Positions 10,463 through 20,464 of a stretch of DNA of 64,000 nt are shown here, one piece after another. This DNA is from an uncultured Verrucomicrobiae bacterium (GTDB lineage: Bacteria > Verrucomicrobiota > Verrucomicrobiia > Limisphaerales > DSYF01): positions 15,604 through 79,603 of the forward strand of contig CAVVUP010000026.1 of NCBI GenBank assembly GCA_963751435.1, written 5' to 3'. Made by a program: the position numbers and the translations under genes. The notes beneath the pieces are model-generated. The model searched no databases. It was not told the DNA's origin and worked only from the letters and a program-made list of their open reading frames with translations. Positions within the stretch are counted from its first letter, which is position 1; every line of letters starts with the position of its first letter.

Positions 10463-10788
10463 CGGGTGCGTATCACGCGATAGTAGCGTTGGTCATTCGT
10501 GGCGCCTCCGCAATGCGGCAACGCGAGCAGCCCCGGAAAACCGCCGACCGCGGCACCCGCATTCGTCCAGTCGGTGTAACCGGAAACGTTCGATGCGCTC
10601 GCCACCACCAGGTTGCCCGCGGAATTAAAGACCACGCAAGCATTCGCCTGCCGGTCGAAACCAACCTTGGGACGCGAGCCGACAGTGTAGTTGGTGGCCA
10701 GACGCCGCTGAGACCACGCATGCGTCATCGGGTCGATCCACAGGTTTGATCTCACGCCAAGAGTCATGCAACGGTCTGATGCGAGCAT
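10459..10788 (-). pseudogene. probable 3' fragment of a secreted-protein gene (tail ending ..RYYRVIRTR)
   Basis: Only the last 110 aa or so of ORF 10459-11082 look protein-like (KVGFDRQANACVVFNSAGNLVVASASNVSGYTDWTNAG..DQRYYRVIRTR). The upstream part of the ORF is Arg/Ser/Gly-rich and overlaps a transposase-related remnant in another frame. Confidence 0.35.
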
Positions 10789-10828
10789 AACCCAGTTGTG
10801 AACGATCTGCCATGACCGGTTTGGGTCA

Positions 10829-11041
10829 TCAGAGCCTCCCAAGACAGGGGGGACCGCCGAATCGACGGCCCCAACGCCTCGTGATGGAAGCCGGAGGCTG
10901 GATCGTCCTCGTCTTGTGTGGGAGTCGTGCGGCGATCCACTTGATCGGCAGAGTGGTTTCCCTGCGCAATCGTGCCGCCATCGCCAACTTCCCAGGATCA
11001 CTCCTGATCCCGCGGGCCGGGTCCTGCTCCTCCCAGTCCAA
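10829..11041 (-). mobile_element. remnant of the C-terminal HTH region of an IS200/RayT-like (REP-associated tyrosine transposase family) gene
   Basis: SDPGKLAMAARLRRETTLPIKWIAARL matches, from memory, the ..kSDPaKLaiAaRLRrETTLtiKaIAeRLhlGt.. segment found at the end of Y1-transposase-like proteins in PVC bacteria. No Y1 catalytic domain is present, and the sequence degenerates after ARL. Confidence 0.35.
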
Positions 11042-11082
11042 GGACTATGCGTTGGCCCATTTCCCATTCCTTGGGTCCTCAT

Positions 11083-12594
11083 TCACCCCCGCGGTGGCAT
11101 GGGCACGGGATCGGTGTGATCGGGCATTGGGGGGTAGTCCGGATTCTCCAATCCGGGCACCAGGGAGGCAATGGACACGGCTTCGTGGGTGCGGAACGAG
11201 TGGTTCGCCGCAATCCCCGTGAGAATGGATGCCGCGCCGCCCCGATGATCCGAGGTCCGCAGGTACTTGTCCGCTTTCCTCTCCGGCAGGAACAGGTCAT
11301 CCAACATGACCTTGTCGCCACCGCCATGGCCGCCCACGCCTTTCCAGACGGACACCGAATACGCCGGGGCGCGCAGCGGATAGATGCGGGTGAACGTTCC
11401 CTCCGGCTTGAGCGCTCCGGGCACGGAACCATCGCCACTAACGGAGATCTTCTCCTGCGCGCCATGTTCAATCCGGCCTTGGGTGCCGTTGAAGGCAATG
11501 TGGTAACCCTCCCAGGCGTTGAACGTGTTGAGCGAGTAGCTCAAGGTCGCACCCGTGTCGTATGTCACGATCACATTCATCGTGTCCTCGATGTCAATGC
11601 GCGGGTTGAACACGCACCGGTCGCGGAAGTAGCCGTCGTATCGTTCCTGATCGAGGTAAAGCTCCCTGAGTCCGCGGTTTCCGGCCAGATCCAGGCGGAA
11701 GGTGCACTGGTCGCCTTCCGGGCAGGTGTGGCAGCGCGCGTGGTGGCTCTGCAGCCCGAGGCGCTTGGCCATCTGCGGCGTGTAGAAGTCGCGCTTGCCC
11801 GTCGCCTGCACCGTCACGGGTGAGGCGGACAGCCACCAATTGACCAGGTCGAAGTGATGCGTGGCCTTGTGAACCATCAACCCCCCGGAGTTTGCCTTTT
11901 CGCCATGCCAGCGGCGGAAGTAATCCGCGCCGTGATGGGTATCCAGCAGCCAATGGAAATCCACGGACAACACATCACCGATGACACCGCTCATCAGGAG
12001 ATCCTTCACCTGCGTGCGGGGCGGTGAGTAGCGGTAGTTGAAGGTGACGATGATCTTGCGCCCGGTTCGCTCTCGCGCCTCGAGGATGGCCCGGCATTTC
12101 GTTTCGTCCGTGGTCATCGGTTTCTCCGTCATCACGTCGCAGCCCAGTTCCATCGCACGGATGATGTAGGTGTCATGGGTCGAGTCCTTGGTGGTCACGA
12201 CGATGACCTCGGGTTTGGTTTCCCGAACCATGCGGTCGAAGTCCTGTGCGTCAAAAATGGGCACCTCGGCTCCGGCGGCTTCGCGCGCCTCGCGTTGGGC
12301 AAGCTTGAGCCGGCCCTCGTTCACATCGCAGAACCCGACCATCTGGCAATGTCCCGCATAGGTCTTGAGGACGGCGTCGCGATACATGCCCGATCGCGAG
12401 CCGACGCCGACGAGCGCGTAGCGTTTGCGGCGGGCAGTGTTGTCTGCCAGCGCTGCCGCGCTGACCAGCAGGCCGGCCCCGGTGACCGCAGTGGTTGAAA
12501 TAAAATGCCGGCGGGTGACACCACCCTGCGAGGAACCTGCGGGGGCGGTCATGCCGGGACCCGGACTCGAGTGCATTGGAGGACACGTGTTCAT
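11083..12594 (-). CDS. Gfo/Idh/MocA family oxidoreductase with a twin-arginine (TAT) signal
   Basis: TRRHFISTTAVTGAGLLVSAAALA TAT motif, then a Rossmann block (YALVGVGSRS..) and Gfo/Idh/MocA blocks (EVIVVTTKDSTHDTYIIRAMELGCDVMTEKPM). 503 aa. Confidence 0.85.
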   Translation of the reverse strand: MNTCPPMHSSPGPGMTAPAGSSQGGVTRRHFISTTAVTGAGLLVSAAALADNTARRKRYALVGVGSRSGMYRDAVLKTYAGHCQMVGFCDVNEGRLKLAQREAREAAGAEVPIFDAQDFDRMVRETKPEVIVVTTKDSTHDTYIIRAMELGCDVMTEKPMTTDETKCRAILEARERTGRKIIVTFNYRYSPPRTQVKDLLMSGVIGDVLSVDFHWLLDTHHGADYFRRWHGEKANSGGLMVHKATHHFDLVNWWLSASPVTVQATGKRDFYTPQMAKRLGLQSHHARCHTCPEGDQCTFRLDLAGNRGLRELYLDQERYDGYFRDRCVFNPRIDIEDTMNVIVTYDTGATLSYSLNTFNAWEGYHIAFNGTQGRIEHGAQEKISVSGDGSVPGALKPEGTFTRIYPLRAPAYSVSVWKGVGGHGGGDKVMLDDLFLPERKADKYLRTSDHRGGAASILTGIAANHSFRTHEAVSIASLVPGLENPDYPPMPDHTDPVPMPPRG

Positions 12595-12827
12595 GATTTG
12601 TAAGTCGCTGCGTTGTGTGACCGCAGGATACCCAGAACACCTGTCTGATGCCAGAAATGGTTGGAGGCTGGATTGGGGGCAGACTCATCCCGCAGGGTGA
12701 TGCGGCCACCCGGTTTCAGGCTGACGGGGGTGACCTGCGCGGAGTGACGCACCTGCGCGGTGACTGGGAAGGCGCCACGGGCGGCGGCCGGTGACCACAG
12801 CAGGCCGGCGAAAAGGGACAACAGCAT
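12591..12827 (-). CDS. small putative secreted protein upstream of the oxidoreductase
   Basis: The ATG at 12827 gives MLLSLFAGLLWSPAAARG (signal-like) plus about 60 aa. Its stop overlaps the start of the next gene (12591-12594). No homolog recognised. Confidence 0.3.
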   Translation of the reverse strand: MLLSLFAGLLWSPAAARGAFPVTAQVRHSAQVTPVSLKPGGRITLRDESAPNPASNHFWHQTGVLGILRSHNAATYKS

Positions 12828-12921
12828 CGGGCCAAACACCTGGAAGCCGGGACGACAGTCATCAAACAGGAGGAATCATGGCTGTTGACTAGGATAGGCT
12901 TCCTGTGTATTCCAATGCCTT

Positions 12922-13806
12922 ATGCAAATCGAAAGCCTCAAAGTCTTCTGTGATCTGGCTGAAACCGAAAGCTTTACGAAGGCGGCCCACATCAACGGGG
13001 TCACCCAATCGGCCGTCAGCCAGCAGATCAGTTCCCTGGAACGGCAGTTCAAGTCGCTCCTGATCGAGCGGAGCAAGAAGAAGTTCCGCCTGACTCGCGA
13101 AGGCCAGGTGCTTTACGACTATAGCAAGCAGATCATCCAGACCTATGAATCGCTGCATAGCCGCTTGCAGGAGATCAAGGACATCATTTCCGGCACCATC
13201 CGGGTGGCCACCATTTACAGTATCGGCCTGCATGACCTGCCCCACCACATCAAGCGATTCCTCAAGGATTATCCCACAGTGCATGTGCACGTGGAGTACA
13301 AGCGGTCGGATTACGTGTATGAGGACGTGCTAGGCAACGTGGTGGACATTGGGTTGGTAGCCTATCCTTCACGGGACACCAAACTGGAGATCATTCCGAT
13401 CAAGAAGGACCCCATGGTCCTGATCTGCCACCCCCAGCACCCCCTGGCCAAGAACAAGAGCATCAAGATCAAGACGCTGGCCGGCCAGAAGTTCATTGGC
13501 TTTGAACCGGACATTCCCACCCGCAAGGCACTGGACAAGATCCTGCGCGAGCACGGCACGTCCGTGCAGTTTGTCATGGAGTTCGACAACGTCGAAACGG
13601 TCAAGCGAGCCGTGGAAATCGATGCCGGGGTGGCAATCGTCCCTTCCAGCACCATCGGGCAGGAATTGGACAAGCGCACACTGGCGCAAGTCAAGGTCGA
13701 GGATGTGGACCTCTATCGTCCACTGGCGGCCATCTACAAGAAGAACAAGGTTCTGTCGCCGGCGATGAAGCAGTTCATAGCCGTGCTCAAAGAGGACAAG
13801 AAATAG
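12922..13806 (+). CDS. LysR-family transcriptional regulator
   Basis: N-terminal wHTH (MQIESLKVFCDLAETESFTKAAHINGVTQSAVSQQISSLERQF..LIER..K.FRLTREG) plus a substrate-binding-domain-sized C-terminus. 294 aa. Confidence 0.9.
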   Translation: MQIESLKVFCDLAETESFTKAAHINGVTQSAVSQQISSLERQFKSLLIERSKKKFRLTREGQVLYDYSKQIIQTYESLHSRLQEIKDIISGTIRVATIYSIGLHDLPHHIKRFLKDYPTVHVHVEYKRSDYVYEDVLGNVVDIGLVAYPSRDTKLEIIPIKKDPMVLICHPQHPLAKNKSIKIKTLAGQKFIGFEPDIPTRKALDKILREHGTSVQFVMEFDNVETVKRAVEIDAGVAIVPSSTIGQELDKRTLAQVKVEDVDLYRPLAAIYKKNKVLSPAMKQFIAVLKEDKK

Positions 13807-13857
13807 GCCGGCGGCCCATTTTGCGAAGCTCAATGGAGCGTTGACAGGCTGGGGAAC

Positions 13858-14664
13858 ATGCTCCTAGGCTCTGGGCGCTGGTCGGTGGACCAGTTTCAAA
13901 AGACCATGCTGACTCGAGTTTGCCTCATTGCGGCCATTGTATTTGGCGTCGCCGTTGCCGGCATCAATCTCTGGAAGGTGCGGGAGGTGATTGTCACAAC
14001 GCGCACTGAACGGGACAACGAACGCTCTCTGAAGGAGCAGGCTCAATCGGATCTGGCCCGGACGCGCAAGGATCTGACCGATACCCAGGACGACCTGGCT
14101 CAAACCAAGCAGACTCTTGAGAATGCAACAGCGGAGCGTGACCGGCTGCGGGGTGAAACCGATGCGCTGACCAAGCAGAACAACACATTGCAGCGCCGGA
14201 TCAAGGACACCACCGAGCAATTAAACAACGCCCAGGCGGAACTGGCGGCTTGGGCTGCCTCGGGCACCACCGTCGATCAAGTCAAGGGGATCATTGCTGC
14301 GGCCAAGGCGGCCCAAGAGGCGCTCGAAGTGGCCAAAGCCGAGAAGGACATTCTGGAAAAGGAGCTGAAGAAGACGCTCAACCGCCTTGCGTTCTATGAG
14401 GACCCCACCTACAAGGTCAACCTTCCGATCGGCCTCAAAGGCAAGGTGTTGGTGGCGGATCCCAAGTGGGATTTTGTGGTTTTGGACGTTGGAGAGGACG
14501 ACGGTGTGCTTGAGAATGGGGAGTTGTTGGTCAATCGAGGCGGTCGACTGGTGGCCAAGGTACGCATCCAAAGCGTCCAGAAAGACCGATCCATCGCCAA
14601 CCTTCTGGACGGCTGGAAACTTAGCGACGTCATCGAGGGAGACCTGGTGATTCCCGCACTATGA
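13858..14664 (+). CDS. membrane-anchored coiled-coil protein with a C-terminal beta-barrel-like domain
   Basis: ATG preceded by GGGGA. One TM (VCLIAAIVFGVAVAGINLW), about 150 aa of heptad-rich Q/E/K/L sequence, then VLVADPKWDFVVLDVGEDDGVLENGELLVNRGGRLVAKVRIQSV. Confidence 0.6.
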   Translation: MLLGSGRWSVDQFQKTMLTRVCLIAAIVFGVAVAGINLWKVREVIVTTRTERDNERSLKEQAQSDLARTRKDLTDTQDDLAQTKQTLENATAERDRLRGETDALTKQNNTLQRRIKDTTEQLNNAQAELAAWAASGTTVDQVKGIIAAAKAAQEALEVAKAEKDILEKELKKTLNRLAFYEDPTYKVNLPIGLKGKVLVADPKWDFVVLDVGEDDGVLENGELLVNRGGRLVAKVRIQSVQKDRSIANLLDGWKLSDVIEGDLVIPAL

Positions 14665-14840
14665 GTCTGCCTCGGTTCGGTGACTGCCGCTGGGTGGTTC
14701 TGCTCCTTTTGTTTGCCACCATCGGCCTGACGCTCAGCGGCTGTTCCACTCCAGATACGGAAAACGAGGCGTATCGGCCTTGGGCGGCGCCCAAAGGCTG
14801 GGAGGGCGGATTGCCTTCGAGCCTCACCGAGGGGCGCTGA
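14661..14840 (+). CDS. small lipoprotein (59 aa), absent from the ORF track because it is under 60 aa
   Basis: The ATG overlaps the previous stop (ATGA at 14661-14664). MSLPRFGDCRWVVLLLLFATIGLTLSGCSTPD.. has a signal peptide plus lipobox L-S-G-C. Stop at 14838-14840. Confidence 0.55.
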   Translation: MSLPRFGDCRWVVLLLLFATIGLTLSGCSTPDTENEAYRPWAAPKGWEGGLPSSLTEGR

Positions 14841-14852
14841 AGCGGCTTCCGA

Positions 14853-16415
14853 TTACTTGGCAACTTCCACGCAGCGGGTTTCCCGGATGACGGTCACCCG
14901 GATCTGGCCTGGATACTGGAGTTCGGTTTCCACGCGTTGAGCGATCTTGCGTGCCAACAGGTAAGATTCGTCATCAGTGAGTTCCGCAGGCTTGACGAAT
15001 ACCCGCAACTCCCGGCCTGCATGCACCGAGTAACACTTCTCCACTCCCGGATAGGACATCCCTATGCGCTCCAACCGCTCGACCCGCTTGAGATAGGTGT
15101 CCATGCTCTCAGAACGCGCCCCCGGTCGTGAGGCACTGATTGCGTCCGCCGCATTGACCAGGATTCCGATGACACCCTCTGGCTGCACTTCAAAATGATG
15201 AGAGGCCACCCCGTTGACCACGGCAGCGTTTTCGCCGTGGCGCCGGATCATGTCTGCTCCGATCAAGGCATGCGGTCCGGCGACCTCGTGGTCCATAGCC
15301 TTGCCGATGTCGTGCAGCAATCCGGCCCGCTTGGCGTCCTCCAGGTTGACACCCAGCTCGGCAGCCATCAATCCCACCAACTGTGCCACCTCAACGGAGT
15401 GGCGCAAGAGGTTCTGCGAGAAACTTCGCCGGAAGTGCAATCGGCCCAACAACTTGGTAAGCTCCGGATGCAATGGGGCGATACCCACTTCGACCACCGC
15501 CTCCTCCCCCAGGCGCGCAATCGTCTGCTCGATTTCCTGGGACACCAACGCCACCACTTCCTCGATGCGGTTGGGATGGATGCGCCCGTCCTGGATCAGG
15601 CGCATCATGGCTTCACGAGCCACCTCCCGCCGGACTGGATCAAATGAGGAGAGGACTACCGTGTTGGGGGTGTCATCAATCAGGACGGTGACACCGGTAG
15701 CGTTTTCGAACGCACGGATGTTGCGGCCCTCGCGCCCGATGATGCGGCCTTTGATCTCAATATCAGCCAATGCGATGCTGGTGGTGGTTACGTCGTTGGT
15801 GTGGGTGCTGGAATATCGCTGGATGGCCTGGCAAATGATCGCTCGCGCCTTGTCCTCCGCCCTCTGTCGGGCCTCGTCGAGGATGGCCCGATTTAGGTTT
15901 GCGGCATCACGGGCGGACTCGACCTGGACGTCCTTGAGAAAGAGATCCCGGGCCTGCTGGCGATTCATCCCGGCAAGGTCCTCCATTTGTTTGAGCCGGG
16001 CAGTCTCGATCTGGGCGAGGCGTTCCTCCTCTTGGGAAAGTGTAGCCGCTCGCTGAACTAGCACGCCTTCACGGTGGTGAAGAGTTTGTTCTTCCTGCGC
16101 GATCCGAGCCAATTGGGCATTGAGGAGCGTTTCACGCTGATTCAGCCGCTGATCGCGTTGTTCCTCCTCGGCACGCCGGGACGCAAAGGAGGCCTCCAAC
16201 TCAGTTCGAAGGCGTAATACCTCCTCGCCCGCCCGCAGTCGTGATTCCCGCAGGATTTCGTCCGACTGCTGGCGTGCCTTTACCAACAGGGAGTCAGCGG
16301 CCGCAGATTCATCGCGCGCCCGGCGTCGGGCTTGGGCACGGAGAATTAACCATGCAGACACCCCTCCGAGGGCGAGGCACAAGCCTCCCGCGACAATTTC
16401 AGGCAAGAATGGCAT
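14853..16415 (-). CDS. rny: ribonuclease Y
   Basis: N-terminal TM, long coiled coil, KH domain (IKGRIIGREGRNIRAFE) and HD domain (RHSVEVAQLVGLMAAELG..AGLLHDIGKA). 520 aa. Confidence 0.93.
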   Translation of the reverse strand: MPFLPEIVAGGLCLALGGVSAWLILRAQARRRARDESAAADSLLVKARQQSDEILRESRLRAGEEVLRLRTELEASFASRRAEEEQRDQRLNQRETLLNAQLARIAQEEQTLHHREGVLVQRAATLSQEEERLAQIETARLKQMEDLAGMNRQQARDLFLKDVQVESARDAANLNRAILDEARQRAEDKARAIICQAIQRYSSTHTNDVTTTSIALADIEIKGRIIGREGRNIRAFENATGVTVLIDDTPNTVVLSSFDPVRREVAREAMMRLIQDGRIHPNRIEEVVALVSQEIEQTIARLGEEAVVEVGIAPLHPELTKLLGRLHFRRSFSQNLLRHSVEVAQLVGLMAAELGVNLEDAKRAGLLHDIGKAMDHEVAGPHALIGADMIRRHGENAAVVNGVASHHFEVQPEGVIGILVNAADAISASRPGARSESMDTYLKRVERLERIGMSYPGVEKCYSVHAGRELRVFVKPAELTDDESYLLARKIAQRVETELQYPGQIRVTVIRETRCVEVAK

Positions 16416-16435
16416 TCACCAAACCGCGAGGCGGT

Positions 16436-17002
16436 TCAGCACTGCAACCACCGCGTCGGAGTCAGGATACAATCAACAAAAACATCATGCGGTTCCACAG
16501 GCAGTTCCCCCGAGATTTGTTCATCGAACGCGATCCCGCATGTGGTGCCCCGCACCTTGCTCAAGAGCCGGTCGTAATAACCCGCCCCACGGCCGAGACG
16601 ACGGCCCGCGAGGTCAAAGGCTACCCCAGGCACCAAGATCAAGTCCAGCAGGTTCAGGGGATGCTCCTCACACGCGGGTCCCGGTTCCCGGATGTGGAAA
16701 TGTCCCATGATCAGGTCCCGCGCCGGGTCGCGGATGACACAGGCCGTATAACTGTCGGACTCGTTGTCCCTGCGAGGCAATGCCACGGTGAGGCCTTGCT
16801 GCACGACGAAATTGAACGCCGGCCAGATATCCGGCTCATCGGGCAACGGGGCAAAGAACAGCACCGTCCGGGTCTCTGCCCAGATCGCGCTCCGCAGCAA
16901 TCGTTCGCAAAGCACCGCGGAATCCGCCGCGCGCTCCGCTGGCGGCTTATGGCTTAGTCTTCGACGGAACTGCGCCCGCACGAGCTGCTTTTGTGCTTGC
17001 AT
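16436..17002 (-). CDS. 5-formyltetrahydrofolate cyclo-ligase
   Basis: LILVPGVAFDLAGRRLGRGAGYYDRLL..GIAFDEQI..LPVEPHDVFVDCILTP is the MTHFS signature. 188 aa. Confidence 0.85.
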   Translation of the reverse strand: MQAQKQLVRAQFRRRLSHKPPAERAADSAVLCERLLRSAIWAETRTVLFFAPLPDEPDIWPAFNFVVQQGLTVALPRRDNESDSYTACVIRDPARDLIMGHFHIREPGPACEEHPLNLLDLILVPGVAFDLAGRRLGRGAGYYDRLLSKVRGTTCGIAFDEQISGELPVEPHDVFVDCILTPTRWLQC

Positions 17003-17005
17003 GAC

Positions 17006-18379
17006 CTACGCACCTTTCTCGGCGCGACTCTTTTCCATCAGCGCCCGCCACTGCGCCAGCCGCTCCTTGATTTTGCGCTCGGTGCCTTGGTCGGTGGGTT
17101 CGTAGAACCGGCGAGCGGTTTCCAGGTAATCCTGAACCACGAAATGCTCCGGATGATCATGGGCGTATTCGTAGCCTTTTCCGTGCCCCAGACGCTCCGC
17201 GCCCGCATAGCTGCCGTCGCGCAGGTGCTTTGGAACAGCCTGCGTGGGTCGCGTCCGCACGTCTTCCAACGCCGCGTCGACCGCTTGGATCACGCTGTTG
17301 CTCTTGTGCGCTGTGGCAATATAAAGGGTCGCTTCGGCCAGCGGGATTCGTGCTTCCGGCCAACCCACAAACTCCGCCACCTGGCAGGCTGCCGCAGCCA
17401 AGACCAACGCCATCGGATCCGCCAAACCCACGTCTTCCGCCGCTTGAATCATGATCCGACGGGCAATGAAACGGGGGTCCTCACCGGCGTGAATCATCTT
17501 GGCCAGCCAATACAACGACGCGTCCGGATCACTCCCTCGCATGGACTTGATGAAGGCGGAGATGGTGTCGTAGTGGGCATCCTCATCATCATAAACCACG
17601 GCCTTCTTCTGGATGCTCTGCTCGGCCGCCGCGAGGTTGATGCGCACCACCCCGTCGGCCTGCGGTTCGGTGGTCAATGCCGCGATCTCGATGGCATTCA
17701 AGGCCTTGCGCGCGTCGCCATCCGCAACGCGTGCCAGATGACGCAGGGCCGCTTCCTCGGCATCTGCCTTCAGATATCCCAACCCTCGCTCCGGGTCGCC
17801 CAAGGCACGCTGCAGCAGTAGTAGCAGGTCCTCCTCGGAAAGCGGGCGTAGTTCGAAGATCTGGGACCGCGAGACAAGCGGTGCGTTGACAAAAAAGAAC
17901 GGGTTGTGGGTCGTTGCACCAATCAGCCGTACCACACCGCTTTCCACGTCGGGCAAGAGCACATCCTGCTGGGCTTTGTTGAACCGATGAATCTCGTCCA
18001 CGAACAGGAGGGTGGGCTGGCCGGTGTTCTGCAGACGATTCGCAGCGCCAGCCAGCACCCGCCGCATCTCCGCCACGTTGGATTCCACCCCGCTCAACCG
18101 CTCGAACCGGCTGCGGGTCTGAGAAGCGATGATCTGGGCCAGGGAGGTCTTACCCGTGCCGGGCGGCCCGAAAAGAATCAGGGATTGAATGCGGTCGGCC
18201 TCGATGGCACGCCGCAGCAGTTGGCCCGGGGCCAGGAGGTGGGATTGGCCGACAAACTCGGCCAGTGACCGCGGCCGCAGGCGTGCGGCCAGCGGCTGGG
18301 GCCGGACGGGCGAGCCCGGGACGCTTGGCGTCAAGGGCGACGGTTCCGGGCTGGATGAAAACAGATCGTGGGACTCCAT
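17006..18379 (-). CDS. rarA: replication-associated recombination protein A (AAA+ ATPase)
   Basis: LILFGPPGTGKTSLA (Walker A), LLFVDEIHRFNK (Walker B/sensor), and the MgsA C-terminal blocks YDTISAFIKSMRGSDPDASLYWLAKM and HLRDGSYAGAERLGHGKGYEYAHD. The ATG at 18379 (MESHDLF) is preferred over the ORF-track start 18517. Confidence 0.9.
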   Translation of the reverse strand: MESHDLFSSSPEPSPLTPSVPGSPVRPQPLAARLRPRSLAEFVGQSHLLAPGQLLRRAIEADRIQSLILFGPPGTGKTSLAQIIASQTRSRFERLSGVESNVAEMRRVLAGAANRLQNTGQPTLLFVDEIHRFNKAQQDVLLPDVESGVVRLIGATTHNPFFFVNAPLVSRSQIFELRPLSEEDLLLLLQRALGDPERGLGYLKADAEEAALRHLARVADGDARKALNAIEIAALTTEPQADGVVRINLAAAEQSIQKKAVVYDDEDAHYDTISAFIKSMRGSDPDASLYWLAKMIHAGEDPRFIARRIMIQAAEDVGLADPMALVLAAAACQVAEFVGWPEARIPLAEATLYIATAHKSNSVIQAVDAALEDVRTRPTQAVPKHLRDGSYAGAERLGHGKGYEYAHDHPEHFVVQDYLETARRFYEPTDQGTERKIKERLAQWRALMEKSRAEKGA

Positions 18380-18898
18380 TACGACAAACGAACATGGGGT
18401 GACAAAAAATAAAAATCCCCGCCAGTGCCGTGTGTAAACAGTTCCTTTGAACTGCGCTGAAACATATGGGGCTGGCCCGGATACTTTCGACTTCCAGTCA
18501 AGGCTTGTCGGCTGCATCCAAGGGCTGAGTGCCCCGCTTTTGCAACTTACGGTTCAAGGATTGCGTTTCAAATCACGAGCATAGGCAGGGAAAACCTTGC
18601 CTGCGGGCTGACCACAAATTCAAAGAACACTTCCTAAAGCCGACGAAACTATCCACCCTGGTCGCGCCAAACTCAAGCCAAAAGCTGCCCCACTCAAATC
18701 CCACTCCCGGGTAACAGTTGCTCTTGGCGCACGGTGATCACCAGGGCGGTCGCCTGCTCGATAAACCTAGCAGCTTGAGTGCCGGTCGAGCCTCCACCGG
18801 AGAAGTTACCCACCGGGGGCATGAGTGCCCACTTCCGGAAAGAAATGTTTGAACAGAGCCGGTCAGATTGGTCTAATTCCATCAAACTCAAAGCATTT

Positions 18899-20356
18899 AT
18901 GGCTGAAAACCCTCGAATCCTGACCACCTCCGGCGGCAATCCCGTTGCCGACAACCAGAATTCCGCTACGGCCGGGCCCCGCGGGCCGCTGTTGATGCAG
19001 GATTACCAACTCCTGGAAAAGCTGGCGCACCAGAATCGGGAGCGCATTCCCGAGCGCACCGTCCACGCCAAGGGTTCCGGCGCCTACGGCACATTGACCA
19101 TCAGCCACGACATCACGAGATATTCCAAGGCGGCCGTCCTCAAGCCTGGGACACGGACCGAGTGCTTCCTGCGCTTCTCAACCGTTGCGGGGGAACGCGG
19201 CGCGGCTGACGCCGAACGGGACGTCCGCGGATTTGCGATCAAGTTCTACACCGAGGAGGGTAATTGGGATCTGGTCGGCAACAACACCCCCGTATTCTTC
19301 ATCCGCGATCCTTACAAGTTTCCGGACTTCATTCACACCCAGAAACGTCATCCGAAGATGAACCTGCGCAGCAACACTGCGATGTGGGATTTCTGGTCCC
19401 TGTCACCCGAGTCCCTGCACCAGGTGACCATCCTCATGTCCGACCGTGGCTTGCCCCGCGGTTATCGTAACGTCAACGGGTATGGCAGCCATACCTACAG
19501 CTTCATCAACACCAGGAACGACCGCTTTTGGGTGAAGTTCCATTTCAAGACCCTTCAGGGACACGCCTTCTGGACCAACGAAGAGGCCGAGCAGGTGGTC
19601 GGGAAATGTCGCGAAAGTTCGCAGCGCGATCTCCATGAAGCCATCGAACGTGGGGACTTCCCCAAATGGCGATTCTGCGTGCAGATCATGCCCGAGCGGG
19701 AGGCCGAGACCTACCACTGGAATCCCTTCGATCTGACCAAGGTCTGGCCGCACAAGGATTATCCGCTGATCGATGTGGGGACGCTTGAACTCGACCGCAA
19801 CCCGGAAAACTACTTTGCCGAGGTGGAGCAGTCTTCCTTCAGCCCGTCCAACATCGTGCCGGGCATCAGTTGGTCACCCGACAAGATGTTGCAGGCCCGA
19901 ATCTTTTCCTATGCAGATTCGCACCGCTACCGCGTCGGCACACATTATGAAATGCTTCCCGTCAATCGCCCAAGGGCCGCCGTGAACACCTATCATCTGG
20001 ACGGTCCCATGCGCTTCGACGCACCCAAGGCCACCGATGCCTATTACGAGCCGAACAGCTTCGGCGGGCCGGCGCAGGATCCACGGTTTGCCGAGCCTCC
20101 GTTGAAGGTCTCCGGCGATGCAGACCGCTACAATCACCGCGACGGCAATGACGATTACACGCAACCTGGCAACCTCTTCCGGCTGATGAGTGCGGAACAG
20201 CAGGGGCGGTTGTTCAGTAATATCGCAGCCGCAATGACCGGTGTGCCGGAGGAGATTGTCCAGCGCCAGCTCATGCACTTCCACAAGGCGGATCCGGCCT
20301 ACGCGGAAGGCGTGGCCAAGGCGATGAATGTCAAGAACGGCGCCGCAGCCAAATAG
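18899..20356 (+). CDS. katA: monofunctional heme catalase
   Basis: [126 protein letters not shown] at 18899. Confidence 0.95.
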   Translation: MAENPRILTTSGGNPVADNQNSATAGPRGPLLMQDYQLLEKLAHQNRERIPERTVHAKGSGAYGTLTISHDITRYSKAAVLKPGTRTECFLRFSTVAGERGAADAERDVRGFAIKFYTEEGNWDLVGNNTPVFFIRDPYKFPDFIHTQKRHPKMNLRSNTAMWDFWSLSPESLHQVTILMSDRGLPRGYRNVNGYGSHTYSFINTRNDRFWVKFHFKTLQGHAFWTNEEAEQVVGKCRESSQRDLHEAIERGDFPKWRFCVQIMPEREAETYHWNPFDLTKVWPHKDYPLIDVGTLELDRNPENYFAEVEQSSFSPSNIVPGISWSPDKMLQARIFSYADSHRYRVGTHYEMLPVNRPRAAVNTYHLDGPMRFDAPKATDAYYEPNSFGGPAQDPRFAEPPLKVSGDADRYNHRDGNDDYTQPGNLFRLMSAEQQGRLFSNIAAAMTGVPEEIVQRQLMHFHKADPAYAEGVAKAMNVKNGAAAK

Positions 20357-20464
20357 CACCCACCGCCACGCCCTGAAGCCGCACAGCCGTCTGCGTCTCC
20401 CGGGGATTCGGTTTGCAACGGATGCGCTGCGGTGCGGCACGGCGGAGTTGCGTGATCAACCAAG

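Noticed and set aside
12885-12913. A sigma70-like promoter for the LysR gene (TTGACT-17 nt-TATTCC ending 9 nt before the ATG).
   Set aside because: The -10 match is weak and would imply a nearly leaderless mRNA. Promoter consensus in this lineage is uncertain, so the support is too thin to list as a feature.
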